Source of the DNA: an uncultured bacterium
GTDB taxonomy: Bacteria; Patescibacteriota; JACMRA01
DNA length: 64,000 nucleotides
Assembly: GCA_963784355.1 (NCBI GenBank)
Contig: CAWAQU010000006.1
Coordinates: forward strand, 1 to 64,000
Reading direction: 5' to 3'
In this document: positions 1-10,268 of the stretch, in pieces
Layout of the letters: each line of letters opens with the position of its first letter
Numbering within the stretch: the stretch's first letter is position 1
The notes under the pieces: model-generated
The model's database searches: none
The model's input: only the letters and a program-made list of their open reading frames with translations
Told to the model about the DNA's origin: nothing
Position numbers and translations under genes: made by a program

Positions 1-2256
1 AGTAGGAAGGTAAATGCCGTTTCCCCACATCCAGACTTTCCCCTCGTTATCTAGTGACATGCAAACATACTCTGTACATTTAAAATCATCTATCTTGCTC
101 CCTCCAAAATTGAGCTGTGTGGGAGAAGTGACTAAATTGGTACCCGTGCCAAAAGATGCCCCCTTATAAGATCTGTCAGCATAGCCTGCTAGTGTCCATA
201 AAGTACCATCTGATTTTAATCCTAAAATTCCATTATCTTCAGTACCCCCAATTGCGATAACATCGCTTATACCATTAATTTTGATAAGTGCTGGTGCCTG
301 AGTGTTAGCACTATTTCCTCCGTAGTCAGTGCTGCTAAGATTTATCTGACCATTTGCAACGCACCAGTAGCAGGTAGTCCAAACTTCTCCTTTGTCATTT
401 AACATCAGTGCATTTTCATAATTTTTACTAACTTTAATCACTTTTCCTACTGCACCAATACCTCCTGATTTTACTAAAATTTCTCTTGGTACACTACTGT
501 CAACACCGTCACAAGATGTATCCACTCCCATTTCACAATAACCGCCAAATCCCCAGTAAAGAGCTCTTCCAAGGTTGGTGGAAACAACGGCTGTATAGTC
601 TAGAGAATAAATATCAGTAACATATTCACCATCCAAAAAATTTACTTTGGTAATTTCCTCAGGTTGACCGGAATATTGTAAATATTGACCTGCAACGAGT
701 GTATGGTCAGGTACTGTAACTCCGTTTGAATTTGATTGACTGTAAAGAAGTCCTCTTCCTAAAATTCCATTATAATTTATACCACAGCCATACACTTTTC
801 CATCCTCTGTTAATATTAAGGTGAATCCTCCCGCGCTCCGAGCATCATCTCCAACTATTTTCTTAATTTTCTTACCATTGATTGCACCACCACTGAGAGA
901 AGTGATTTCCGTAGGGAGTAATACATTCGGTTCAAGTCCCGCACCTGCCACACATAATTGCTGAGCTGTATAGGTACGTTCAGAATTCGCTCCCCAACCA
1001 AACACCGTACCATCTTCATACTTCAAATTAAGATTAAAACTGCCAGGATTATTTGGATCTTTTAAACTTGCGAAATTAGAATCACCAGTTTTACCAATAC
1101 CGTTAGTTGTGATTACTTTAAAAGCATAGTTACCAATAGGGAAATTTGTTGGGTTATCAATAACGAGATTTGGTTCAGTTACAGTAGAATAGGTATTCCA
1201 AGTAGTACCATCAATTGTGTATTTAACTTCATATCCAGTGATAGCAGAAGAATTATCACTAGGAGCACTCCAACTAAGATTGATTTTGTTTCCACTCCAG
1301 CTGGCTGCCAGGTCACTTACTTTATTAGGTCTACTCCTAAACGTAGCTGAGGCGATATTGGAAGGTTTGCTTGATAAACCGTTGTAGCCGCTTCCAAATA
1401 CTCTAAAGTAGTTAGTTCCTGGCTTTAATCCATTGCTTGTCTTTAATGATAAAGTATCTCCTACATTAGCGTAGCCGCAATTAACCCAAGCTTGTTGATC
1501 TTGAGAGCATTGCAAGGTAAATGATTGAACACCTCCCAGGTCTTGATTTCCCGGGTTGCTCCAGTTGGCAGTTATGCTTCCGTCAGGATTTCCAATTGCA
1601 GTTAAATTTGTAACTGGATCTGGTGCGCATACATAACCCTCTGTTACTATGTTAGCACTAAAAGAATTAACATCAAAATTAGGGAGATTGATTGTTTTAT
1701 ACATTATATAATTAGTATCAACATCTCGGGTCAAGGAAGCATTGATTTTGACTGTTACGGTTCTATTTGTTGCGTCTCGATTTGTAATTTCCACGTTATT
1801 ATATTGAAAAACAAAATATCTAGCATTAAGATTTTCATCAAAAGAGGTGGCATTCATTTGATCATTATTAAAATATTGTTGAGCACCTATATAATCTCCT
1901 AGTTGTCTAAAGCCTGAATAAGTACCCCCCCGATTTTGCATCACACTCCCATTACTAAATTCAATAATATCCACTCTAAATAAACAATTTTTATCCGCCG
2001 CCGGCACATTATAACTAGCCCTTGCATCCTTCCTTACTTGCAACTTATCATTTAACACAAACAATCCAGCTCCAAGTACTAAAGAAAAAAGTAAAGTAGT
2101 AATTAGAGTAAAAACTGCAGGTCTCTTTACTAACCATTTATACTTTCCAGTAAACTTATCTTCAAACTTACTTTTTAATTTTAATTTAACTTCTAGTCTA
2201 CTTTTTATTTTAACTATTAGTTTTGAAACTTTAAAAAAAGGATTTGTTTTCTTCAT
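1..2256 (-). CDS. Surface protein: N-terminal TM/signal, two fibronectin type III domains, RCC1/BLIP-II-like repeats (partial, runs off window start)
   Basis: Manual translation from ATG 2256: MKKTNPFF...AVFTLITTLLFSLVLGAGLFVL; FN3-like DPVTNLTAIGNPDGSITANW and VSDLAASWSGNKINLSWSAP; RCC1-like FTLILTEDGKVYGCGINYNGILGRG. Missing from ORF track because no stop lies in the window. Confidence 0.85.
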   Translation of the reverse strand, partial: MKKTNPFFKVSKLIVKIKSRLEVKLKLKSKFEDKFTGKYKWLVKRPAVFTLITTLLFSLVLGAGLFVLNDKLQVRKDARASYNVPAADKNCLFRVDIIEFSNGSVMQNRGGTYSGFRQLGDYIGAQQYFNNDQMNATSFDENLNARYFVFQYNNVEITNRDATNRTVTVKINASLTRDVDTNYIMYKTINLPNFDVNSFSANIVTEGYVCAPDPVTNLTAIGNPDGSITANWSNPGNQDLGGVQSFTLQCSQDQQAWVNCGYANVGDTLSLKTSNGLKPGTNYFRVFGSGYNGLSSKPSNIASATFRSRPNKVSDLAASWSGNKINLSWSAPSDNSSAITGYEVKYTIDGTTWNTYSTVTEPNLVIDNPTNFPIGNYAFKVITTNGIGKTGDSNFASLKDPNNPGSFNLNLKYEDGTVFGWGANSERTYTAQQLCVAGAGLEPNVLLPTEITSLSGGAINGKKIKKIVGDDARSAGGFTLILTEDGKVYGCGINYNGILGRGLLYSQSNSNGVTVPDHTLVAGQYLQYSGQPEEITKVNFLDGEYVTDIYSLDYTAVVSTNLGRALYWGFGGYCEMGVDTSCDGVDSSVPREILVKSGGIGAVGKVIKVSKNYENALMLNDKGEVWTTCYWCVANGQINLSSTDYGGNSANTQAPALIKINGISDVIAIGGTEDNGILGLKSDGTLWTLAGYADRSYKGASFGTGTNLVTSPTQLNFGGSKIDDFKCTEYVCMSLDNEGKVWMWGNGIYLPT

Positions 2257-2344
2257 ATGCGTTATTTGTTTTTGTGTTTGTTTTTGTATGTATTTTTATT
2301 TTTATTTAAGCTGGTTTTGTATTTTATTTAATTTTTTACTTCAC

Positions 2345-3949
2345 CTACTTTAAATCTACTTTTTGCTTATGTTTCTTACGATAAAGTACAAAGACTGATA
2401 TTAGTCCTATTAGAGATACAATTTTTACTATAGACTCTCCTCCAGTTCTAATTACATTACTAATTGGATCCATGGTTGTATTGGATGAGTTTGTGTTAGA
2501 GGTATTAGCAGTGTTATTAGAGGTATTACTTGTGTTAGTGGCTGTGTTTGAGGTGTTAGTATTGTTACTTGTATTAGTTGTGTTAGTGGCAGTACCTGAA
2601 GTATTAGTGCCTGAAGTTGAAGTAGCTGTTCCACTTGTATTTGTAGCCGTATTGGTCGTGTTAGCTGTATTTGCCGTATTACTTGTATTAGAAGTGTTAC
2701 TCGTGTTAGTACTTGTATTAGTTGCAGTGTTTGTAGTATTGCTTGTATTAGAAGTATTTGTTGCAGTACCTGAAGTATTAGTACCTGAGGTTGAAGTGCT
2801 CGTAGTGTTAGTACCTGTATTAGTACTTGTTCCATTTGTACTGGTAGCTGTATTAGTGCCTGAAGTTGAAGTAGCTGTATTACTTGTATTAGTACCTGTA
2901 TTTGTAGCCGTATTGCTTGTGTTAGAAGTGTTCGTTGCAGTATTTGAGGTATTAGTACTTGTAGTATTGGAACCTGTATTAGTACCCGAGGTTGAAGTAG
3001 CAGTTCCACTTGTACTGGTAGCTGTGTTACTTGTGTTAGAACCTGTACTTGTAGCCGTGTTTGTAGTATTACTTGTATTAGTACCTGTATTTGTAGCCGT
3101 ATTGCTTGTGTTAGAAGTGTTCGTTGCAGTATTTGAGGTATTAGTACTTGTAGTATTGGAACCTGTATTAGTACCCGAGGTTGAAGTAGCAGTTCCACTT
3201 GTACTGGTAGCTGTGTTACTTGTGTTAGAACCTGTACTTGTAGCCGTGTTGCTTGTATTAGTGCCTGAGGTTGAAGTACCTGTATTAGTTGCAGTATTGC
3301 TTATATTAGAAGTGTTCGTTGCTGTATTAGTACCTGAAGTATTTGTAGCCGTGTTTGTGCCTGAGGTTGAAGTACTTGTAGTATTAGTACCTGTATTCGC
3401 ACCGGTTGTTCCAGAAGTCGTACCTGAGGTTGAAGTACCTGTATTAGTTGCAGTATTACTTGTATTAGTACCTGTATTCGTACCGGTTGTGCCTGAAGTA
3501 TTAGTACCTGTTCCACTTGTACTTGTTGTGTTCGTTGCAGTGTTTGTAGTGTTACTCGTATTAGAAGTATCTGTAGTATTTGTTGCTGTACCTGAAGTAT
3601 TTGTATCTGAGGTTGAAGTAGTTGTTCCACTTGTGTTCGTTGTAGTATTACTTGTATTAGTACCCGTTCCAGAAGTTGAAGTACTATTAGTTACTACACA
3701 CTCCATCGGATAAGCTAATTCATTAGAATAAATAGTATCAACTGCTCCATCATAAGTTATTGTAGCTACATTATTTAAACTACAATCAAGATTAGCTAAT
3801 GCTACCCGTGGTTGTTTTGAAAACAAATTACTATTTACACTAAGAATGCCTAATGCAAAAATACAAATAGCAAAAGAAGCAGAAGCAATTATATACCAGC
3901 TTTTTTTACTATAATTTAAACGGAATTGAATCTTCCGAAAATCTACCAT
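2345..3949 (-). CDS. Thr/Ser/Asn-rich mucin-like surface protein with C-terminal RTGG-TM-basic tail
   Basis: N-terminal TM, small 2-Cys domain, ~400 aa T/S/N/G low-complexity stalk, ends VIRTGG-hydrophobic-RKKHKQK. Confidence 0.85.
   Translation of the reverse strand: MVDFRKIQFRLNYSKKSWYIIASASFAICIFALGILSVNSNLFSKQPRVALANLDCSLNNVATITYDGAVDTIYSNELAYPMECVVTNSTSTSGTGTNTSNTTTNTSGTTTSTSDTNTSGTATNTTDTSNTSNTTNTATNTTSTSGTGTNTSGTTGTNTGTNTSNTATNTGTSTSGTTSGTTGANTGTNTTSTSTSGTNTATNTSGTNTATNTSNISNTATNTGTSTSGTNTSNTATSTGSNTSNTATSTSGTATSTSGTNTGSNTTSTNTSNTATNTSNTSNTATNTGTNTSNTTNTATSTGSNTSNTATSTSGTATSTSGTNTGSNTTSTNTSNTATNTSNTSNTATNTGTNTSNTATSTSGTNTATSTNGTSTNTGTNTTSTSTSGTNTSGTATNTSNTSNTTNTATNTSTNTSNTSNTSNTANTANTTNTATNTSGTATSTSGTNTSGTATNTTNTSNNTNTSNTATNTSNTSNNTANTSNTNSSNTTMDPISNVIRTGGESIVKIVSLIGLISVFVLYRKKHKQKVDLK
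2877..3250. repeat. Direct tandem duplication within the T/S/N stalk (~185 bp identical, period 189 bp)
   Basis: 2877-3061 matches 3066-3250. Confidence 0.85.
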
Positions 3950-4175
3950 AATATATGTTTTTTATTTTTATTTTTATTAATTTACCTCAGTAAGTGTGAA
4001 TACTAAATACACTAAATACAAGGTTTCACTACTTATTTATGTAAGTATATCAAATATATTTTTTTTTGTAAAATCGGTTCTATATCTGTGTTTAAAGTAT
4101 CAATAAAATAAATGAAATTACAAATCTTATTATTAATTGCTCGACAAATAATGAAGAGTACGACATTTATTTTTT

Positions 4176-4970
4176 ATGCCCAAAATTCGAGATTTGATAA
4201 TGACCTCTGAGGAGTTTTTAAAGCTTAAAATTCTTGCTCCATATGCTTACCAAATTGATTCAAAATCTGCTAGTTTGTACCTTTTTGGAGGAAACCATAA
4301 ACCATATGGTACGCAACCTGAAGATCCACAATACCCTGTTTTAAGAGACTTTTGGCAAAAGTTTGTTCTTGAGACGGAAGGTAAAAATAGAATGGTAGTT
4401 TGTGAAGCAAGAATTAGGCCTGGTACTATTGATTTAAATACCTATAAGGGAAAAGGTGGAGAATCCATATATACTCAGGTTTTAGCCAATCAATTGGGTA
4501 TTTCTGTAGTTAGATTTGAACCGGACACAAAAACTGTAAATGAAATTGCTCTGAAAGAAGTGACTAAAGATGAATTGCAATATCACTATTTTGCCAGGGT
4601 AGTGTATCAATGGAATAGATCTACAGAAAAACCAAATTTTGAGGAGTATATTTCCAAGTATTTAGCTGAAGATAAAAAAGAATCAAATTGGGAAGGGTAT
4701 GATTTCTCTTTAAAGCATATGATTGAGATACACAAAAATATGTTTGGTGCTGAGTTTGATCCTAATGACGAAAAGTTTTTTCACCAAATTTGTAATCCTC
4801 ACCGAATAATTTCTAGAGCGAATTTTGCTTCAAAAATAGTCACTCTGGTAAGGGATGAGGTAGTATCCGGTAAAATTGTTGAGCTGGTTCAAAGTGGTGT
4901 AAATGTGTTCACTTGTTATGGTTTTGGTCATGCTATAGTTCAAGAACCTGTTTATAGGGCTTTATTGTAG
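4176..4970 (+). CDS. Hypothetical protein
   Basis: 264-aa ORF with normal composition; no family recognised. Confidence 0.75.
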   Translation: MPKIRDLIMTSEEFLKLKILAPYAYQIDSKSASLYLFGGNHKPYGTQPEDPQYPVLRDFWQKFVLETEGKNRMVVCEARIRPGTIDLNTYKGKGGESIYTQVLANQLGISVVRFEPDTKTVNEIALKEVTKDELQYHYFARVVYQWNRSTEKPNFEEYISKYLAEDKKESNWEGYDFSLKHMIEIHKNMFGAEFDPNDEKFFHQICNPHRIISRANFASKIVTLVRDEVVSGKIVELVQSGVNVFTCYGFGHAIVQEPVYRALL

Positions 4971-4991
4971 TATTGAAATTAGGTTTCAAAT

Positions 4992-6251
4992 TTACTTCGT
5001 ACTTACTTTATATATTTTCCCAGACATGTCGTCAGAAATAAGTAATCCGTCCCGATAATTTACAACTCCAACCGGTCTACCTTTTAAATCGTCATCGCCG
5101 TTAATAAATCCTGTAATAAAATCAGAAATTTGGCCTGTTTTAGTATCTACTGTGACTACTTTGTAGCCAACCGGCGGCTTGCTTAAATATGATCCATGAA
5201 GTGCTACAATAAGTTTGTCTTTGTATTCTGCAGGAAAACTAGCGCCAGTATAACCTATTATCCCAAGAGGAGCTACGTGAGCCGGTAAATCTACCCAAGC
5301 TGCTTGAGTTTCGGGGCAAGGATTATTTTTTTCATCAAAAGTAACATCATGTACCTGTTTTCCGAAGCAATATGGCCATCCATAGTTTTTACCTTCTTCA
5401 ACTATGTTAATTTCATCGGGAGGGTTGTCATTTCCGATCAAATCTTTTCCTGTATCTAAAGCGTAAATTTTGTCATTAAATTTTGTAAAATCCACTGAAT
5501 TCCTAAGACCAGGAGCAATAATCTGGCAATTTTTTCCATCTAGATCGCATTTGGTTAGAGATGCTCGCCTCTGGTCTTCTTCAAAGCATGAATTACAGGA
5601 AGACCCCATTGTGAAGTACAGCTTGTCATCAATTATGTGTACTGTACGAGTAAAATGAATTCCGAGTCCGGGTAAATCAATAAGTTTTTCCAAAGTATCT
5701 TTTTCGGCAACTCCATCATTGTTTGTGTCTTTTACTCTAATAATCTTGTCAGTTTCACCAATATAAATCCAATCTTGATATTTATCAATGCCATGGGGTA
5801 GGTTTAAATTATCTAAAAATACTTTCTTTTCATCTGCAACTCCATCGTTATTTGAATCAGTGAGAGCTAGTACCTGGCCATTTTTAAGCAAGGTAGTAAA
5901 TACAGTGTTGCCTTTAATAACCATATGTCTAGAGCCATAGTTTGGTCCTGGTACATAAACATTCGGACCACCTAGATCCTGAGCAAAAAGATTTATTTTA
6001 AAACCCTCAGGTAAATTTAAATAGCTTAGCTCTCCTTCTGCTGGATGTAATGTATTGGTTTTCTCAATATTTTTTTCTTGATTTGAACCTAAATAACTTT
6101 TTGTTTTACTAAATATATTGGCAAAGTTCGGTTTTGGTCCATATAGCCAATTCAAAACAAAAGCTGAGATTAAAGTCACGGCAACTATACCGAGTATTAT
6201 CAAATTTTTTAACGGAAATTTCTTTTTATTTTCAATTCTTTCTTCAGTCAT
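4992..6251 (-). CDS. PQQ-dependent sugar / L-sorbosone dehydrogenase family beta-propeller, membrane-anchored
   Basis: LPEGFKINLFA, GSSCNSC, GLRNSV, PPDEIN, YGWPYC, AHVAPLG, ALHGS, GRPVGV, ISDD motifs. Confidence 0.85.
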   Translation of the reverse strand: MTEERIENKKKFPLKNLIILGIVAVTLISAFVLNWLYGPKPNFANIFSKTKSYLGSNQEKNIEKTNTLHPAEGELSYLNLPEGFKINLFAQDLGGPNVYVPGPNYGSRHMVIKGNTVFTTLLKNGQVLALTDSNNDGVADEKKVFLDNLNLPHGIDKYQDWIYIGETDKIIRVKDTNNDGVAEKDTLEKLIDLPGLGIHFTRTVHIIDDKLYFTMGSSCNSCFEEDQRRASLTKCDLDGKNCQIIAPGLRNSVDFTKFNDKIYALDTGKDLIGNDNPPDEINIVEEGKNYGWPYCFGKQVHDVTFDEKNNPCPETQAAWVDLPAHVAPLGIIGYTGASFPAEYKDKLIVALHGSYLSKPPVGYKVVTVDTKTGQISDFITGFINGDDDLKGRPVGVVNYRDGLLISDDMSGKIYKVSTK

Positions 6252-6391
6252 ATTTTATTTATTTAAGTTTTGAGTAAAAAACTAGCAAAATCAGCCATAT
6301 TGTCAACCTGAAGTGAAATTCATGACTGTTTACAAAAAGCAAAAAGTGTGGCTATTTACAAGTATTGAAAAATATGATATATAATTAAAAT

Positions 6392-8059
6392 ATGACTAAT
6401 TCTGAAACAAATTTTAATGGACATACAAATCTTAATGGACACGAGTATAGGCCTCATAATGCTTCTAAATTAAAAAGGGGTGAGCATAAGACACGAAAAA
6501 GTACGCAAGAAAAAAAACCTTTAAATGAAAATATCTTAATTGGGCTTACTGCACTTGCTGCTGGTACTTTTGCTAGTGCAAATATATACACCTCTGCACC
6601 TAACATAGACTCAACTAAAGTGACATCTCCTTTTCAAGATACAACTACAATTTTGGGATCAACTTATCAAAATTCTAAACTAGAATCAACTTCTCATCAA
6701 TTTGCTAAATCACCTTCCAATAATCAAATGTCAAAGCTTGAAAATGATCAAAAAGTTGAAGAAAATAGTATCAAGGTGGCTGTAGAGAAAGTTGTTGAAA
6801 AGACGGGCGCTCTAAATTTAAATCAAAAAAAAGAAGGGTATTTGGGATTAAAAAATAAAGCTAAAGCACAAAATATAGAGGATCTGACTCAAATTCCGGA
6901 AGCGGCTAGTCTAAATCGCAACGAAAAAGTTGTTCAGATGCAAGAAAAATTATCTAAAGAGCTAATTGAGTTTTCACGTGGGGCAGGGGGTGCTGCTAAA
7001 ATTAAAAAAACCGAGTTTATTGCTAATTACCTTGGCTCAATAGCCACTAAAGCTGGAGAAAAAAAACTAGGAGAGATTATTGAAGGCCAATTTAATCCAG
7101 ATATTAAGGATAAAAATAGTGTAATAAAAACAGAAGAAGATAGAAATCTTGGGGCAGGTATTGGAGGATTCTTAATTGGCCTTGGTGTAGTTATCATGGG
7201 TGGATTAAGAAAAGCTTTAAATGATAAAGGCAATGTTGAAATATTTGAAGAGGAAAGTAGTCCTAATAAATTTAAAAAAGCATTCGATGGATTAACTGAT
7301 AAAAAATTAAACACTGCCGATAGAGAATACATAGCCAAAACTAGCTCTTATTTGGCACGTGAATTAAGTATGATGAAATATAAATCACTTGGTAATGATA
7401 TTACAAATAAATACTTTTTATTTGTAAAATATAGAAGTTTAGTTGAAAAAGAATTAAAAAGGTATATTACAGAAAATTGTAAAGATAAAACTCAACTTTT
7501 AGAATTCAAAAATAAATTTGCTAAATGTAGAAATGAAAAGGAAAGACAGCAGTTTATTAATGATTTGTATAATAAGGCAATTAAGACATCTGATCCAGCT
7601 CCTTTTGTTAGACCGCAGAATCCATATTTAAATGTTAAAAATAGTAAGGTTGCTAATGCTAATAATAATGGTAATAATGGTAACGGTAAAACTAAACTCC
7701 CTGAGACTGTAGATGTTCCAGCTACAAAACTCGCTTACACAGAAGTAAAAGAAGAGCAAATAGGCAAAGTAGCAAGTAATATTGTAACTCAATGGGCTAC
7801 AATTCAGTTTAATAGAGGTGTAATAATGAGTTTAAGTACAATCAAAAATGTAAAAAATATTAATCTAGTTAAAAAAATGTTAAGTGAAATCTGTATCCAA
7901 AAGCCTGAGGAACTTGATATTATTATGAATAATATTGAAAATCTAATTAATGATGTGAAAAACTCTAAGGAAGGAACACTAAAACATTTAAAAAATAGCC
8001 AAGCATACATTAAATATATTAGCGATTTAGTTAAAAAAGCAACTAACCCTTTAATTTAA
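6392..8059 (+). CDS. Hypothetical membrane-anchored protein
   Basis: 555-aa ORF with two hydrophobic segments, Lys/Asn-rich. Confidence 0.75.
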   Translation: MTNSETNFNGHTNLNGHEYRPHNASKLKRGEHKTRKSTQEKKPLNENILIGLTALAAGTFASANIYTSAPNIDSTKVTSPFQDTTTILGSTYQNSKLESTSHQFAKSPSNNQMSKLENDQKVEENSIKVAVEKVVEKTGALNLNQKKEGYLGLKNKAKAQNIEDLTQIPEAASLNRNEKVVQMQEKLSKELIEFSRGAGGAAKIKKTEFIANYLGSIATKAGEKKLGEIIEGQFNPDIKDKNSVIKTEEDRNLGAGIGGFLIGLGVVIMGGLRKALNDKGNVEIFEEESSPNKFKKAFDGLTDKKLNTADREYIAKTSSYLARELSMMKYKSLGNDITNKYFLFVKYRSLVEKELKRYITENCKDKTQLLEFKNKFAKCRNEKERQQFINDLYNKAIKTSDPAPFVRPQNPYLNVKNSKVANANNNGNNGNGKTKLPETVDVPATKLAYTEVKEEQIGKVASNIVTQWATIQFNRGVIMSLSTIKNVKNINLVKKMLSEICIQKPEELDIIMNNIENLINDVKNSKEGTLKHLKNSQAYIKYISDLVKKATNPLI

Positions 8060-8162
8060 ATTATTATTCAGATTTGGCAAAGGTGTAATAGTTTTAAACA
8101 AACTTATAATTTTTAAACTCTATTATCTTGACAAATCACCATTTTTAGGGAATTTATAATAT

Positions 8163-9407
8163 ATGACTTCGTATCCTGCTTCAAAAATCAGAAATATCGC
8201 GATTATCGCTCACGTTGACCACGGAAAAACTACTTTAGTTGATGGTCTAATTCGCCAAGCCCTAAACATCAGAAATGTAGAGAGCATGGGTGACTTAATT
8301 ATGGATAGCATGGATCAGGAAAGAGAAAGAGGAATCACTATTAAGGCTAAAAATGCAAGTATTTACTATAGCTACCAAAATGAAGAATACAAAGTGAATA
8401 TTGTTGATACTCCTGGTCACGCTGATTTTGGAGGTGAAGTAGAGAGAACTCTTAGAATGGTAGATGGTGTAGCACTTTTGGTAGACGCTCAGGAAGGTCC
8501 AATGCCTCAGACAAAATTTGTTTTGAAAAAAGCAATTCAGTTAGGTTTGAAAATTATTGTAATTATTAACAAAGTTGATAAACCTGCGGCAAATGCAGCA
8601 AAAGCTTTGTCTAAAGTGGAAGATTTATTTTTAGATTTGGGTGCAAATGATGAGCAAATGGATTTTTCTGTAGTATACGCTAGTGGCGTGCAGGGTAAGG
8701 CAGGATCTGCTCCTGAAAAATTGGAAGATAATCTGTTTTACTTTTTGAATAAAGTTATTGAAGTTATTCCACAACCGGAAGTACTTGAAAATACCGGAGA
8801 AGTGGAAAACCCTTTACAAATTTTAGTTTTGGCTTTGCAGTATGACAATTTTAAAGGTAAGATGGGCGTAGGTAAAATCTCCAGCGGAAAAATCTTGAAA
8901 AATATGTCTATCCAGGCCATACAGGAAAATGGTAGCTTAAAAGGAAGAGTAGCTAGTTTGTTGGTATTTGATGGATTAGGATTAAAAGAAGTGGAAGAAG
9001 CCGGTGGAGGAGAAATTGTGATGGTTGCAGGGCTTGAAAACGTGGGTATCGGTGACACAATTAGTGCTGCAGAATACAATAAATCTTTACCTAGAGTAAA
9101 AGTAGATGAACCTACAATTCAAATGACTTTTGGAGTAAATACATCACCATTTTCCGGAAAAGAAGGTAAACTTGGTACATCCAGACAAATTCGCGAAAGA
9201 TTATATAAAGAATTAGAGACTAATGTAGCTTTAAAAGTGCAAGATCATCCTGAATCTTCTGAAAAATTCATCGTATCGGGTAGGGGAGAGCTCCACTTAG
9301 CTGTACTGATTGAAAGTATGCGCCGAGAGGGATTTGAATTGGAAGTATCTAGACCTGAAGTAATTCTCAAAACCAAGGAAGAAGTAGAGGCAATGATGAA
9401 ACCTTAG
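8163..9407 (+). CDS. typA: Translational GTPase TypA/BipA, N-terminal half (domains I-III)
   Basis: RNIAIIAHVDHGKTT, ERERGITI, DTPGHADFGGEVER, NKVD, SGRGELHL; ends just after SRPEVILK. Confidence 0.95.
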   Translation: MTSYPASKIRNIAIIAHVDHGKTTLVDGLIRQALNIRNVESMGDLIMDSMDQERERGITIKAKNASIYYSYQNEEYKVNIVDTPGHADFGGEVERTLRMVDGVALLVDAQEGPMPQTKFVLKKAIQLGLKIIVIINKVDKPAANAAKALSKVEDLFLDLGANDEQMDFSVVYASGVQGKAGSAPEKLEDNLFYFLNKVIEVIPQPEVLENTGEVENPLQILVLALQYDNFKGKMGVGKISSGKILKNMSIQAIQENGSLKGRVASLLVFDGLGLKEVEEAGGGEIVMVAGLENVGIGDTISAAEYNKSLPRVKVDEPTIQMTFGVNTSPFSGKEGKLGTSRQIRERLYKELETNVALKVQDHPESSEKFIVSGRGELHLAVLIESMRREGFELEVSRPEVILKTKEEVEAMMKP

Positions 9408-9439
9408 TTTGATAAAATCAAAATTGTAATAAATATCTT

Positions 9440-9473
9440 AAGGAGTTCTACTTATATGGTAGGGCTCTTTTTT
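9440..9473 (+). terminator. Intrinsic terminator after typA N-half
   Basis: aggagttctac-ttatatg-gtagggctctt followed by T run. Confidence 0.8.
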
Positions 9474-9562
9474 ATGCAGAAGAATTTTATCGAACTTTGA
9501 GACATCATCAAATTTGACAATTAGTACTAAATCTCACCAGCTATAAAAAACTTATTAATCAT

Positions 9563-10225
9563 ATGTCAGTTTTAATTGATGCTAAACAAATCTCTAAATT
9601 GTACGGCACTCGCAAAAATCCTATAAAAGCTCTAGGTCCTGTAGACATTCAAATTGAAAAAGGAAGCTTTACTGTAATTTTAGGTAGAAGTGGTAGTGGT
9701 AAATCAACTTTACTAAATGTTTTATCCGGTCTTGATAAAATTAGTTCCGGTGAATTACAAGTAGGAAATGTAGATCTTACTAAAGCAAATGCTAGAAAAT
9801 TAGCTAAATACCGTGGAGGTATCGGTATTATTTTCCAATTCTACAACCTCCTACCTAATCTAAACACTCTAGAAAACGTGCTTATGGGTAGTTGGGCAGG
9901 TGGTAAACAACCATCTAGAGAAAAAGCAATTGAATTATTAAAAAAATTTGGGCTGGAGCATAGAATAAATGCTGATGTAAAAACTTTATCAGGTGGAGAA
10001 AAGCAAAGGGTGGCAATTTGCAGAAGTTTGATCGGAGATCCTGAAATATTGTTTTGTGATGAGCCAACCGGTGCTCTAGATACTACAAATGAAAAGCAAG
10101 TAGAAGAAATTTTAGCTGAATTACATAAACTGGGTCTTACAATTGTAATGGTTACACATAATCCGGAATTTGCAAAACTTGCAGATCAGGTGATTAGAAT
10201 GAAAGACGGTTTAGTTGAAGCCTAA
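9563..10225 (+). CDS. ABC transporter ATP-binding protein (LolD/MacB/FtsE-like)
   Basis: GRSGSGKST, LSGGEKQRVAI, DEPTGALD, VTH. Confidence 0.93.
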   Translation: MSVLIDAKQISKLYGTRKNPIKALGPVDIQIEKGSFTVILGRSGSGKSTLLNVLSGLDKISSGELQVGNVDLTKANARKLAKYRGGIGIIFQFYNLLPNLNTLENVLMGSWAGGKQPSREKAIELLKKFGLEHRINADVKTLSGGEKQRVAICRSLIGDPEILFCDEPTGALDTTNEKQVEEILAELHKLGLTIVMVTHNPEFAKLADQVIRMKDGLVEA

Positions 10226-10268
10226 TTAACAAATTTTAATAATTTACTACTAAATATTTACATATAAT

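Noticed and set aside
2452-3713. Long Val/Leu-rich + strand ORF (2472-3713) and Gln/Leu-rich alternate-frame ORFs
   Set aside because: Shadows of the repetitive ACN/AAT/AGT codons of the T/S/N-rich gene, which lack stops in other frames
8165-8174. GACTTCGTAT at the typA start and ACTTCGTA at about 4994 as extra dif arms
   Set aside because: Only partial matches lacking the terminal AA, in coding sequence, and opposite to the left-side polarity
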